The notes below the pieces were generated by a model. That model had not been told where the DNA came from. It did not search any database and was given only the letters and a program-made list of their open reading frames with translations. This document shows, one piece after another, positions 29,963-40,805 of a stretch of 64,000 nt of DNA. The position numbers were made by a program, and so were the translations under genes. Source of the DNA: Thermoplasmata archaeon (GTDB lineage: Archaea; Thermoplasmatota; Thermoplasmata; GCA-020350865); contig CP070751.1 of assembly GCA_020348445.1 (NCBI GenBank), positions 4,537,709 to 4,601,708 on the forward strand. Direction: 5' to 3'. The first letter of the stretch is position 1. Each line of letters opens with the position of its first letter.

Positions 29963-32900
29963 CCTTCAGCCTCCAATGCCTTATCTACCATTGCTATCAA
30001 TTGTTTGGGTTCGAACTGCCTAAGGAAGGGCACGTTTGACGGGCATATGCATGTGCATGCTCCACATCCCATACACAGAACCTCGTTGACCTCGGCAAAG
30101 CCGGTTCCTTCGTTTACCTTGATGGCATCATAGGCACAGTTATCTTCACACAAACCACAACCTGCACATCTTTCTTCATCCACAACAACAGAAATACCCT
30201 CGGTAAATAGTTCCTTTTTAGACATGAGGGTCGTGGCCCTTGATGCCGCACCACTGGCCTGGGATATGGTCTCGTCAATGAACTTTGGAGAGTGACATGT
30301 CCCTGCAAGGAAAATCCCTGCTGCTGCAAAATCAACTGGTTTGATCTTCATATGGGCTTCCAAAAAGAAGTTTTGAGAAGTTAATGGAACCTTGATGATC
30401 TGGGCCAGCTCCTCGTTTTCTTCATAAGGGACAGTTGCTGCTGAAAGAACCACAACATCTGGCCTGATGACTATATCCTTTTTGATATTGGCATTGTAAA
30501 CCGAGACTTTGAGATCATCGCCGTCCTTTTCCACGATTGGCTTTTTGTCATTTGTATACCTTAGGAACATCACACCTTTTTCTCTGGCGTCCTTGTATAC
30601 CTTTTCCCTGAATCCGTAGGTGCGTATGTCCCGATACAACATGTAGATGTTTGCATCTGGATTCAATTCCTTTGCCACAAGGGCGTTTTTAATAGCCTCG
30701 GTACAGCATATTCTGCTGCAGTACTCCCTGCCTTCCTCTCTTGAACCCACACATTGAATCATGACGATATTTTTTCCCGAGAATCCTTCATCATGAAGCT
30801 TCTTGTCGAACTCCAGTTGTGTCATCACCCGGGGGTCTTCACCATAGAGGTATCGATTTTCCGGCTTGAACTCCTTTGCCCCTGTGGCCACTATGATGGC
30901 TCCGGCTTTGATTTCCTTGGTGTCTTCACACTGCCTTACCAAAGCAGTAAAATTACCGATATAACCACTCAAGTTCTCAAGTTTGGCATTGGTGAAAACC
31001 TCTATTGCGGGATTATTTTCTACTTTCTCGATAAATGACTTCAACTCCCTATGTGGGTCTCCTTCATTAAGAAGATGATGAATGTTGCGGAGATTTCCCC
31101 CCAGCTCATTTTCCTTTTCAATTATGTAGGCCGAAAAACCCTGATCTGCCAGATCCAAAGCCGCTGTCATACCTGCTATTCCACCACCGATTATCAGGGC
31201 AGCCTTCACACTCTCTACGGAGGATAGGTGAACCATTTTATTTCTACGCACCTTCTCCACGGCCATAGCCACCATATGCTTGGCCTTTTCTGTTGCCTTC
31301 TCTTTATCGTTCTTGTGAACCCATGAGACATGTTCTCTCGTGCTTGTGAGATCAAAGAGATAGGGATTCAAACCAGCTTCTCTTATGGTGTTCTGAAAAA
31401 GAGGCTCATGTGTTCTTGGAGTGCATGAAGCAACTATCACTCGGTTCAGGTTATGCTCTTTTATGGCATCTTTGATTTTATCCTGGGTGTCCTGGGAGCA
31501 GGTATAGAGATTATGCTCGGTGTGAACAACATTGGGTAGTGTTTTTGCATACTCCGAAACAGCTGGAACATCCACCACACTGCCGATGTTTATTCCGCAG
31601 TGGCAGCAGAAGACACCGATTCTTGGCTCATCGCCAATGTCGATTTCAGGGGGGTATTCTTTTACAGAGACCAAGGAGTTTCTTTCAGATGATATGGGTC
31701 CGGATGCCTTGGAGGCAACTCCTGAGGCCTGTGCAACAGCATCGGGAATGTCCTTTGGTGAGGAAAATGAGCCGCCTACAAAGATTCCATTTCTTGAGGT
31801 TTTGAGTGGTGAGAAATATTCTGTCTTACAGAATCCATACTCATTTAATTCAATACCAAATTTTTCTGCAATCTCTTTAAAGTCCTGGCTTGGCTTCATC
31901 CCCACAGACAGAACCACAAGGTTGAATACATCCTCTTTTCTCTCCCCATTTTCATCCCAGTAAATGATCTTCAAATCCTTTGTTTCGGGAATTTCCTCGA
32001 TATGAGGAACCCTACACTTGATATAATTTACTCCATATTGGTTCTTGGCAATGTTGTAGTATTCTTCAAATCCCTTGCCATAGGTTCGCATATCCATGTA
32101 GAAGATTGTGCAGTCTGTTCCTTTTGTATGTTCCTTAGCAATGATGGCCTCCTTAGTGGCATAGGTACAGCACACAGCAGAGCAGTATCCCTTGTCAACC
32201 TGCTCGTCCCTGGAACCTACGCATTGTATCCAGGCGATCTTCATGGGATGTTTACCGTCAGAAGGACGAAGAACATGACCTGCGTACGGTCCAGATGCAG
32301 AAAGAATTCTCTCGAATTGTATGCTTGTTACCACATTTGGGAATCTTCCGTATCCGTATTCGGATTTCACAGTGGGATCAAATGTTTCAAAACCTGGTGA
32401 GAGGACTATAGAGCCGACATTTAAATTCACAGTCTCGTCCTCTTGAGCATAGTTTACTGCATTTGCCTTGCAGTACTGCTCGCACAGTCCGCAGCCTATA
32501 CACTTTGTTCTGTCTATCCTGTATACCAGAGGTACAGCCTGGGGGAAGGGGACAAATGTCGCATTTCTTACTGAAACTCCCCTTTCGAACTCACTTATTG
32601 CCTCGATGGGGCAGTACTGGGAGCACAACCCGCATCCTGTACATTTCTCCTCATCAATATATCTCGGATGTTTTACAACTGAGACTGTAAAATCGCCTGC
32701 TTCGCCCTCCACCTTCTCAATGTCACTTACCGTTAAGATTTCGATGTTGTGATGCCTTCCAGTTCCCACGAGTGTGGGTGCAATGGTGCACATGGCACAG
32801 TCATTTGTTGGGAAGGTCTTGTCCAATGAGGCCATGACACCTCCAATGCTGCTTCTCTTTTCCACGAGATAAACTTTAAATCCTGATTCTGCCAAATCGA

Positions 32901-32964
32901 GGGCCGTTTGCATACCGGTGATACCTGCACCCAGGACCATAACCGCGCCAACTTTTTTTTCCAA
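29959..32964 (-). CDS. hdrA: Heterodisulfide reductase subunit A, two-FAD-domain 1001-aa form
   Basis: GAGITG, LDKTFPTNDCAMC, inserted 2x[4Fe-4S], CVGSRD..CSAVCC, VFCCHCG, ASCTPRTHE, GGGIAG, CSRICC, C-terminal ferredoxin. Confidence 0.95.
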   Translation of the reverse strand: MEKKVGAVMVLGAGITGMQTALDLAESGFKVYLVEKRSSIGGVMASLDKTFPTNDCAMCTIAPTLVGTGRHHNIEILTVSDIEKVEGEAGDFTVSVVKHPRYIDEEKCTGCGLCSQYCPIEAISEFERGVSVRNATFVPFPQAVPLVYRIDRTKCIGCGLCEQYCKANAVNYAQEDETVNLNVGSIVLSPGFETFDPTVKSEYGYGRFPNVVTSIQFERILSASGPYAGHVLRPSDGKHPMKIAWIQCVGSRDEQVDKGYCSAVCCTYATKEAIIAKEHTKGTDCTIFYMDMRTYGKGFEEYYNIAKNQYGVNYIKCRVPHIEEIPETKDLKIIYWDENGERKEDVFNLVVLSVGMKPSQDFKEIAEKFGIELNEYGFCKTEYFSPLKTSRNGIFVGGSFSSPKDIPDAVAQASGVASKASGPISSERNSLVSVKEYPPEIDIGDEPRIGVFCCHCGINIGSVVDVPAVSEYAKTLPNVVHTEHNLYTCSQDTQDKIKDAIKEHNLNRVIVASCTPRTHEPLFQNTIREAGLNPYLFDLTSTREHVSWVHKNDKEKATEKAKHMVAMAVEKVRRNKMVHLSSVESVKAALIIGGGIAGMTAALDLADQGFSAYIIEKENELGGNLRNIHHLLNEGDPHRELKSFIEKVENNPAIEVFTNAKLENLSGYIGNFTALVRQCEDTKEIKAGAIIVATGAKEFKPENRYLYGEDPRVMTQLEFDKKLHDEGFSGKNIVMIQCVGSREEGREYCSRICCTEAIKNALVAKELNPDANIYMLYRDIRTYGFREKVYKDAREKGVMFLRYTNDKKPIVEKDGDDLKVSVYNANIKKDIVIRPDVVVLSAATVPYEENEELAQIIKVPLTSQNFFLEAHMKIKPVDFAAAGIFLAGTCHSPKFIDETISQASGAASRATTLMSKKELFTEGISVVVDEERCAGCGLCEDNCAYDAIKVNEGTGFAEVNEVLCMGCGACTCICPSNVPFLRQFEPKQLIAMVDKALEAEG

Positions 32965-33777
32965 TCACACACCCCCTGCCTTTATGTATGTTGGCGACAG
33001 CTCTTTATGGCCGAATGGTAAGATGATCTGTTTTTTCCACAACCTTGCAACATGTTTAAAAATAGTCTCAGTGGGAATCCCTGTATCACCTGCCATCTCC
33101 TCAACTGTTTTTGGCTCTGACTCCACCCTCAATATGATGTTGCTTCTTATGTATTCTTCCTCGATTATCTCATCCTCGATTTTTTCCATCTCTTCCTGTG
33201 ATAGTTTCTCACCGTAAGCATTTCCAAGCTCCATTATCTTCTTTTCTCTGCCGAAAAGTGATCTCAACCTGAACTGCTGGGAGGCATGTATTGCAGCATC
33301 AAGCTGCCTGATAATTATCTTAGCTTTCTCATCCTTTTTGCGAATGGGATTGGGACCCAGTTTCTTTATCTTTGATGTAAATTCTGTGACAACCTCCTGA
33401 AAGCGTGCACCTTCTGAAGCCGAGATCCATTCAAGCTGCAGTCTTTCATTCTCCAAATCCACAAAATCAATTATTTTCTTGAGCATCCTGTACTTTCTTT
33501 TAGCCTCATAGTTACCTGAAATATAATGGCAATCTCCTGGATGGCACCCCATTATCAGAACTCCGTCCACCCCTGATTTCAAGGCTGAAAGAGGGAACTT
33601 GGGATCCAAACTTCCGCTGCACATCACCCTAATCACTCTAAGTGTGGTGGGCATTTGCATGCGGGACACACCTGCCAAATCAGCTCCAGCATAACTGCAC
33701 CAGTTGCAAAGAAAACCCACGATCTTTGGTTTGAATCCGCTGGTATTTTCATCTGTCTTCAGCCCTTCACCCTCCAT
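32965..33777 (-). CDS. mvhD: MvhD subunit with a ~120-aa C-terminal helical/winged-helix-like extension
   Basis: MvhD core (GFLCNWCSYAGAD, RVMCSG, GCHPGDCHY, WISASEG) followed by ...EPKTVEEMAGDTGIPTETIFKHVARLWKKQII. Confidence 0.9.
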   Translation of the reverse strand: MEGEGLKTDENTSGFKPKIVGFLCNWCSYAGADLAGVSRMQMPTTLRVIRVMCSGSLDPKFPLSALKSGVDGVLIMGCHPGDCHYISGNYEAKRKYRMLKKIIDFVDLENERLQLEWISASEGARFQEVVTEFTSKIKKLGPNPIRKKDEKAKIIIRQLDAAIHASQQFRLRSLFGREKKIMELGNAYGEKLSQEEMEKIEDEIIEEEYIRSNIILRVESEPKTVEEMAGDTGIPTETIFKHVARLWKKQIILPFGHKELSPTYIKAGGV

Positions 33778-36700
33778 CTAATCCACCCCCTCCTCAGAAA
33801 CAGCCTGTATCTCGGCAAGCAACTGATCCATTGTAAAATGCGGAAGAGTTATTGCAAGCTCTGGGCAGCTCGCTCTGCATACACCACAGCCTTTACAAAG
33901 GGCAGGAGTTACCTCGGCCTTTCCATCCTCCTTTTTCGTTATTGCTCCAAAGGCACACAGAAGCTCACAAGTTCCGCATCCTGTGCATTTATCCTTGTCC
34001 ACTACGGATACTATGCCCTCGGCCCTAACCTTTCCAATGGCCATGGGTATTGCAGCCTTTGCAGCTGTCCCTGACGCCTGGGATATTGAATCAGCCACAT
34101 CTTTTGGATACTGTGCGCAGCCAGCCACATAAATCCCGTCTGTATTTGTTTCAATTGGGCCGAGTTTTGGATGCTTTTCCAATATGAAGCCGTCGGCACC
34201 CCTTGGAATCCTTAACATCTCCTGGATTCTCTTTGTTTCCTTTTCCTTTGGTCTCATACCAACTGTCAAAACAATGGCGTCAAATGAGAGCTCAACAATC
34301 TGCCCGAACAAGGTGTCAATTGCCCTGATCTTCAACTTACCGTCTTCATGAAGGACCTCGGGTTTTTGTTCAGGTGTGTATCTGAAGTAGATAACTCCCT
34401 TTAATCGGGTGTCCTGATACAGTTTCTCAGCACCCTTGCTGAAGGCTCTTATATCCCTGTAATAATCAGCCACCTCCACACCCAAGTCCCGAAGTTCGTT
34501 TGCCTGTTTTAATGCAACCTGGCAGCAGTATCTCGAGCATCCGGTAAAGCCTTCTGGCTCTCTGGAGCCGACACAGTGGATTATGGCCACCTTTTTCAGC
34601 TCCTTACCATTTAACTCTAGCGGCTCTTTCTCCCTTCGCTCGGTAAGAAGCTGCTCTAAATCTGCATTTGTGATCACGTTTGGATATTGATTATATCCAA
34701 ATTCCCCTTCATTTGGCTCATATAAATCCGAGCCTATTGCTAAAATGATTGTTCCTATGTCCAAATGATGTCCAGTAATTTTATCCTTATCTTCAAGGTG
34801 AATGCATTTTGGTTCGCAGACTTTTATACACTCACCACACTCAGTACAATAATCAAAGTCAACAGCATATGATTTGGGCCACCCGTTCTCCTTGCGCCAT
34901 ATGGCCTTTCGGATCCTCTTTCCCTGGCCTTCATTGTACTCCACTTCCACTCCTACAGGGCAGACCTTTTCACATTCCCCGCATAAATTGCATTTATCTG
35001 GATCAACTCCCATACCTCTCTGCGTTACGTCCACCTTGAAGTTACCTATAAAACCATCGATGTCATCTATATTGGCATTGTTTAGAACCTCAATTTCGCT
35101 CTCCTCTATGTCCCTATAATGCTGGTAAAGTATTTCTGAAACAGGTGTGTACTCAGGAGCAAGAAGCTCACGATCGGCAAGACCGCCACCCAAAAACGGT
35201 TTTTCTTCGATAAGAAAAACTTTGAATCCTAGGTAATTTAAATCCAAAGAAGCGGTCATACCTGATATCCCACCCCCTACAACGAGGGCGGTTTTAGTTA
35301 TCTCCAATTCTGATGATTGAAGTGGTTGAAGAAGACAGGCCCTTGCAACTGCCATACGAACGAGATCCTTTGCCTTTTCTGTTGCGTTTTCTGGTTCATG
35401 CATGTGTATCCAGGAACACTGGTCTCGTATATTTGCCATGGTGAAAAGATAGGGATTAAGCCCCGCCTTTTCACATGTATCCCTGAATATGGGTTCATGG
35501 GTTCTTGGTGAGCAAGATGCTACGATCACCCTGTTTAGATTGTGCTCCGCTATTGCATCCTGTATTGCTTTCTGGGTGCTGTCCGAGCATGTATAAAGAT
35601 TGTTGGTGGAATATACAACATTTGGAAGATTCCCTGTATATTCACTTACGGCCTCAACATCCACAACACCTGCAATATTGCTTCCGCAATGGCACACGAA
35701 CACCCCCACACGAGGAGCGCCAGACACATCGATTTGGGGAATCTCCTTTGTTTCCTCCTCAACTCGATAATCGGAAAGCCACATTTCAGCCTTGGAGGCC
35801 GCGGCACTGGCCTGGGCCACGCTGTCTGGAATATCCTTAGGTCCCTGGGCACATCCACAAACATATACACCTTCTTTGTCTGTTTCAACTATGGATGTGT
35901 TGCTCTGCTTCTCCTTGATAAATCCGCTTTCGTCCAGAGATATTCCCAACACCTTTGCCAACTCATCGGTGCCCTTTGAAGGAATAACAGCTGATGATAA
36001 CACCACAAGATCTGCACCTTTTTCCTCCTGCACGCCAGTTTCGGTGTTCTCTGCCCTTATGATCAGATCCTTTGTTTCGGCATTCTCGAACAATCGGGCA
36101 GGCCTGCCCCTGTAAAACTTGATTCCTCCTTCTTCCTTTGAACGATTAAAATAATCCTCAAATCCCTTTCCATATGCACGAATATCCATGTAATATATGG
36201 TGATGTCCTCTAATGATTCCTCGTGCTCCTTGGCGAGCATGGCTTCCTTCATTGCGTACATGCAGCATACACGGGAGCAGTATTTGCAGCCCTTGAGCTG
36301 ATCCCGGGAGCCGTAACACTGGATAAAAGCTATGCTTTTTGGAATCTTACCATCTGAGGGTCTTGTTACTTTACCACCAGTGGGGCCAGATGCACTCAAC
36401 ATCCTTTCAAATTCCAATGAGGTGATCACATTATCGTAAACACCGTAGCCGTATTCTGTTCTGTGAGCCGGATCGATCATATCGAACCCGGTTGCCACGA
36501 TAATAGAACCTGCAGGAATCTCGATTTCCTCCTCTGTCATATCATGATCAATTGCCTCAGCCTCGCAGGCCTTTACACATTCCAGACATTCGGAACATAT
36601 GCCGCAGCTTAGGCAACGTTCTGCTTCAGTTCTTGCCTCCTGTTCGGTGAATCCCATCTCCACCTCATCGAAGCTGGCAAGTCTTTTCTCCAATTCGATT

Positions 36701-38475
36701 GTCTTTGCCTTTCTTCTTCTTTCCTTTATCACTTCTGTTACATCCACTAAATCACTTATATCGGGAAGTTCCTCTTCCTTCATGCTCTCCTCTAGGTTTT
36801 CCACACCTTGGATGTACTTGTCTATGGCAATTGCCGCCCGCTCTCCAGCTGCTATTGCCTGAATTACAGATGAGGGCCCTGTTACAAAATCCCCCCCTGC
36901 AAATATTCCTTTTTGATTTGTCATAAGGGTTATGGGATTCACAGCCAATCTGTCCCACTTTGTCATTTCAAACTGAACTTCCTTGGGCAAGAATGTAATA
37001 TCGGGTGCCTGGCTTATTGCCGGAATCACCATGTCCACATCTATTTTGAACTCAGAACCTGAAATTGGTTGGGGCCTTCTTCTTCCACTCTCATCAGGCT
37101 CCCCAAGCTCCATTTTAATGCATTCTATCTTTGATACATTTTCATTATCATCGCTCAATATCCTTGTAGGGCTTGTCAAAAATCTGAACTTCACACCTTC
37201 CTCTTCTGCTTCCTCGACTTCTTTTTGATCAACTGGCATTTCATTTCTGGATCGTCTGTATAATACGTAAACCTCCTTTGCACCCAATCTAATTGAGCTT
37301 CTTGCACAATCCATTGCAGTATTGCCCCCACCAATTACCGCCACCCTTTCCTTAACCTCCAGAGGCTCCTTTAAATTCAGCTTTCTCATGAATGCGACAC
37401 CGTGATGAACTCCCTGTAAATCCTCCCCCGAGATTTCCAATTTAAATGGTTTATGCGCACCTGCTGCAATGAAAATTGCATCGTATTGCTTTTGAAGATC
37501 CTCTAGTTTTATGGTCTCTCCTATGGGTGTGTTCAGCTTAATCTCAACTCCAAGACTGATTATATCGTCGATCTCCCTTTGTATGACCTCTCTGGGCAAA
37601 CGATATGGCGGGATGCCAACCCACAGCATCCCACCAAGAACAGGAAGTGCCTCAAAAACAGTTGTGTGATAACCTTCAAGTGAGAGATTGAATGCTGCTG
37701 TAAGGCCAGCAGGACCGCTTCCAATGATGGCAATCCTCTGGGATTTCTTTTCTTTTGGAGTGGGCAGAATGGGAGCATCCTCGTATGTGACTTCCAAATC
37801 TGCAATGAAACGTTTTAATGCACTTATGGCCAACGGATCATCCACTTCCCCTCTTTTGCAGTTCTGCTCGCAGGGATGTGTGCATATCCTCCCGCATATA
37901 CCCGGGAAGGGATGCGCCTTTTTTACGAGCTCTAGGGCCTCTCTGAACTTACCTTCCCTGATTAATGCCACATATCCTTGCACATTTGTCTTGGTGGGAC
38001 AGGCCAGTTTACAAGGGGATTTTCCCCTTTTATGAACTGTATATTTCAAGGGTACAGCCTGAGGAAAAGGGATATAAACTGCCTTTCTCTTGCTCATACC
38101 TTCATCAAATTCATTATCTACCTGGACAGTGCAAGCCTTTGCACAATCACCACAGCCCACACATTTTGCTTCATCCACATATCTCGGATGCCTGGATACT
38201 GTGACAGAAAAATCTCCTGCCTTTCCTTTGATCTTCTTGACTTCCGATAACGTCAATAGCTTAATATTGGGATGCCTTGCAGCTCCAACGAGCTTTGGTG
38301 AAAGAATACACATTGCACAGTCGTTTGTGGGGAACGTCTTGTCCAATTGGGCCATCCTTCCCCCCAGAGAGGGTGTCCTTTCCACCAAATACACCTTTAC
38401 CCCTGACTCAGCAAGATCCAATGCAGCCTGAATTCCTGCTATGCCTCCACCTATTACTACCACACCTTTTTTCAT
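33778..38475 (-). CDS. hdrL: HdrL-type large HdrA with an inserted GltD-like NAD(P)H-binding module (1565 aa)
   Basis: HdrA N-terminus (LDKTFPTNDCAMCILSP), GltD-like insert (CKLACP...CGRICTHPCEQNC, IIGSGPAG, VIGGGNTAMDCAR...YRRSR), then two HdrA halves (CSRVCC, VFVCHCG, CSRYCC) and ferredoxin motifs. Confidence 0.9.
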   Translation of the reverse strand: MKKGVVVIGGGIAGIQAALDLAESGVKVYLVERTPSLGGRMAQLDKTFPTNDCAMCILSPKLVGAARHPNIKLLTLSEVKKIKGKAGDFSVTVSRHPRYVDEAKCVGCGDCAKACTVQVDNEFDEGMSKRKAVYIPFPQAVPLKYTVHKRGKSPCKLACPTKTNVQGYVALIREGKFREALELVKKAHPFPGICGRICTHPCEQNCKRGEVDDPLAISALKRFIADLEVTYEDAPILPTPKEKKSQRIAIIGSGPAGLTAAFNLSLEGYHTTVFEALPVLGGMLWVGIPPYRLPREVIQREIDDIISLGVEIKLNTPIGETIKLEDLQKQYDAIFIAAGAHKPFKLEISGEDLQGVHHGVAFMRKLNLKEPLEVKERVAVIGGGNTAMDCARSSIRLGAKEVYVLYRRSRNEMPVDQKEVEEAEEEGVKFRFLTSPTRILSDDNENVSKIECIKMELGEPDESGRRRPQPISGSEFKIDVDMVIPAISQAPDITFLPKEVQFEMTKWDRLAVNPITLMTNQKGIFAGGDFVTGPSSVIQAIAAGERAAIAIDKYIQGVENLEESMKEEELPDISDLVDVTEVIKERRRKAKTIELEKRLASFDEVEMGFTEQEARTEAERCLSCGICSECLECVKACEAEAIDHDMTEEEIEIPAGSIIVATGFDMIDPAHRTEYGYGVYDNVITSLEFERMLSASGPTGGKVTRPSDGKIPKSIAFIQCYGSRDQLKGCKYCSRVCCMYAMKEAMLAKEHEESLEDITIYYMDIRAYGKGFEDYFNRSKEEGGIKFYRGRPARLFENAETKDLIIRAENTETGVQEEKGADLVVLSSAVIPSKGTDELAKVLGISLDESGFIKEKQSNTSIVETDKEGVYVCGCAQGPKDIPDSVAQASAAASKAEMWLSDYRVEEETKEIPQIDVSGAPRVGVFVCHCGSNIAGVVDVEAVSEYTGNLPNVVYSTNNLYTCSDSTQKAIQDAIAEHNLNRVIVASCSPRTHEPIFRDTCEKAGLNPYLFTMANIRDQCSWIHMHEPENATEKAKDLVRMAVARACLLQPLQSSELEITKTALVVGGGISGMTASLDLNYLGFKVFLIEEKPFLGGGLADRELLAPEYTPVSEILYQHYRDIEESEIEVLNNANIDDIDGFIGNFKVDVTQRGMGVDPDKCNLCGECEKVCPVGVEVEYNEGQGKRIRKAIWRKENGWPKSYAVDFDYCTECGECIKVCEPKCIHLEDKDKITGHHLDIGTIILAIGSDLYEPNEGEFGYNQYPNVITNADLEQLLTERREKEPLELNGKELKKVAIIHCVGSREPEGFTGCSRYCCQVALKQANELRDLGVEVADYYRDIRAFSKGAEKLYQDTRLKGVIYFRYTPEQKPEVLHEDGKLKIRAIDTLFGQIVELSFDAIVLTVGMRPKEKETKRIQEMLRIPRGADGFILEKHPKLGPIETNTDGIYVAGCAQYPKDVADSISQASGTAAKAAIPMAIGKVRAEGIVSVVDKDKCTGCGTCELLCAFGAITKKEDGKAEVTPALCKGCGVCRASCPELAITLPHFTMDQLLAEIQAVSEEGVD

Positions 38476-39356
38476 TGCTCCCCTCCCATTATCTTCTTTA
38501 CAAGATTCTTGGTTCTTACTGCATTGAATTTCAGACCCAGTTCCTTAGCCTCATGGCCAAAGGCCAAACCCAAAAGCTGGGAAAAGAACAATGAAGGAAT
38601 ATTGTAATCCTTACCATATTTATTCCCGATGGTGGCCTGATACTCATCGTACATAAGATGGCAAAAGGGACAAATGGTGGCCATGGCATCTGCCTCCAGT
38701 GATTTTACAGAATCCAATACAATATGGGTCATTCCCATAGAGGCGTTCTCATCAATTGCTAATATGGCCCCTCCACAGCACAAAATCTTCTCAGGAAAAT
38801 CCAGTGAAGTGGCACCAGTTGCAGAAATTATGCTATCTAAGGATTTCGGCATCTCAGGGTCGTCGAACTTGTTGTAAATCGAGGAAGGCTTTAGATAATG
38901 GCAACCATAAATCGGGGCGACTTTTATACCGTCTAAACTCCGTTTGACTGTCTTTTCGATTTTGACGGTCCCTATATCCTCGTACAACAGTCTCGAAATA
39001 TGTTTGACATCGATTGTACCTTTGAATTCGAGGTCATTTGCCTTGAGAACCTCGTTCACCTTCTCAAAGGTTTCTTTGTTATTTTTCAGAATCATGTTTA
39101 CTTTTGTCAAATACGCTGTGCAAGAATTGCATAAAGTAATTATGTTTAAATTCCGCTCCTCAGCCAAACATAGATTGATTGCAGCCAAGGCCAGTGAGGT
39201 CTCTCTATGAATGGAAGCTGTTGGAAAGCCGCAGCAGGAAAATCCTTCGACATCTATTAGATTTATATCCAGGTCCTTTGCAACCTTTCGAACCGAGATA
39301 TCGTAGCCCAGACTTCTTGCAGGAACTGTGCATCCTAAAAAGAGCGCATAATCCAT
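38472..39356 (-). CDS. hdrB: Heterodisulfide reductase subunit B (second copy in operon)
   Basis: YALFLGC, SCCG, CNSC, YGCHY, CCGG, CPFC. Confidence 0.95.
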   Translation of the reverse strand: MDYALFLGCTVPARSLGYDISVRKVAKDLDINLIDVEGFSCCGFPTASIHRETSLALAAINLCLAEERNLNIITLCNSCTAYLTKVNMILKNNKETFEKVNEVLKANDLEFKGTIDVKHISRLLYEDIGTVKIEKTVKRSLDGIKVAPIYGCHYLKPSSIYNKFDDPEMPKSLDSIISATGATSLDFPEKILCCGGAILAIDENASMGMTHIVLDSVKSLEADAMATICPFCHLMYDEYQATIGNKYGKDYNIPSLFFSQLLGLAFGHEAKELGLKFNAVRTKNLVKKIMGGEQ

Positions 39357-39907
39357 CAGCTATCCCCCTCGATTACATCTTTGATTTTTTCTTTCTCAAG
39401 GACCTTTTTAACCTTTTCGGGGGACTGATTTATTTTCGGTAATCCGTACTTCTCACGCATCCTGTTCTCGAATTCTGATATCTCCAGAAGAGCTCCGAAC
39501 TTCTCAAGAAGATCAAGCTGGGCCTTGATGCTGGGGTGTATGTATCCATATTTAACAGCGATATTCTTCAAGGCGAACATAAGTTCAGTGATTTTAACAT
39601 CCTGGGGACATCGCTCGTAGCATGAGTAACAAGTGGAGCACATCCAAATGAATTTGCTTTTTAGAACACTTTCCTTGTCCCCAATCAAAGCCATTCTTAT
39701 GATCCTCCTGCAGTTATAATCAGGATCGATTGCTTTTACGGGACAGCTTGCTGTACATGTTCCGCACTGCATACATCGCAGAAAATTCTCGCCCCCTGGC
39801 TCCTTTATAATCTCATATTTGAACTGGGGATCTAATTGATCCTCTGTAATCACTTGAAATTCACCTGATTTCTTTTTACCCTTCTCCTGCTCCCTCTCTT
39901 CACCCAT
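39356..39907 (-). CDS. hdrC: Heterodisulfide reductase subunit C (second copy in operon)
   Basis: CMQCGTCTASCP and WMCSTCYSCYERCPQ. ATG 39907 with SD GAGGTG preferred over GTG 39913. Confidence 0.95.
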   Translation of the reverse strand: MGEEREQEKGKKKSGEFQVITEDQLDPQFKYEIIKEPGGENFLRCMQCGTCTASCPVKAIDPDYNCRRIIRMALIGDKESVLKSKFIWMCSTCYSCYERCPQDVKITELMFALKNIAVKYGYIHPSIKAQLDLLEKFGALLEISEFENRMREKYGLPKINQSPEKVKKVLEKEKIKDVIEGDS

Positions 39908-40805
39908 GCGCACCCACCTCTTCCGATTTGGATTCAGGGGCTTCCTGGGGTTCTAAAAACAGCTTTGCTACCTTCTTCTTCATGCCCAATTGCTTTGCAT
40001 CAAATCCCAAAGCAAGGCCCAAAATCTGGGGTGTGAAGATCACTGGTACCTTGAAATCTATATCGATTCTCGGGTCCTTCTGATACTCGCCGTACATGAC
40101 ATTACAAAATGGACAGTGAACTGCAAGAACGTCGGCTTGTGCTTCATGAACGTGTATTAGTTTTTCCCTGACCATTGAAATTGATGTATCTTCATCAACA
40201 GCTAGTATTGCACCGCCGCAGCACTGCTTCATATTTTCATATTTTACAGGAACTACTCCGGTGAGAGCCATCAAGTCATCTGCCGTATGTGGCACTATAG
40301 GATCCTCGAAGAAATCAAAAACCTCGGGTGGTTTGAGATAATGGCAGCCATAATGGGGTGCCACCCTCACGGGATTTAACTTATTGGTAATGGCTTTTTT
40401 AATCTCATCTAGGCCGACTTCTTCATAAATGAATCTCAAAAAGTGTCTAACCTCCAAGGTACCCTTAAATTCCTTCCCTATGGAATTTTTCAGTATCTTG
40501 TTTATATGCTCCCTCTCTTTCTCATTTTCTTTTAACAACTTATTCACTTTCGAAAGGGTTGCTGTGCATGAATTGCACACGCTAACGATGTAATCTACCC
40601 CCATCTCCTCCGCAGCTACCAGATTCTGGGCTGCAAGGGCCAAGAAGGTTGAGTGATCCTGAGGGGCTGCTGGATATCCACAGCACACAAAATCTTTGGA
40701 GTCCATAAGTTCGATTCCAAACTTCTCGGCGATGCGCCTAACTGCAGCATCGTATTCGTAGGTTCTCAATGCGACGTTGCATCCCAAGAAATATGCGACC
40801 TTCAT
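39900..40805 (-). CDS. hdrB: Heterodisulfide reductase subunit B (first copy in operon)
   Basis: AYFLGC, VCCG, CNSC, HYGCHY, QCCGG, CPFC. Confidence 0.95.
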   Translation of the reverse strand: MKVAYFLGCNVALRTYEYDAAVRRIAEKFGIELMDSKDFVCCGYPAAPQDHSTFLALAAQNLVAAEEMGVDYIVSVCNSCTATLSKVNKLLKENEKEREHINKILKNSIGKEFKGTLEVRHFLRFIYEEVGLDEIKKAITNKLNPVRVAPHYGCHYLKPPEVFDFFEDPIVPHTADDLMALTGVVPVKYENMKQCCGGAILAVDEDTSISMVREKLIHVHEAQADVLAVHCPFCNVMYGEYQKDPRIDIDFKVPVIFTPQILGLALGFDAKQLGMKKKVAKLFLEPQEAPESKSEEVGAHG

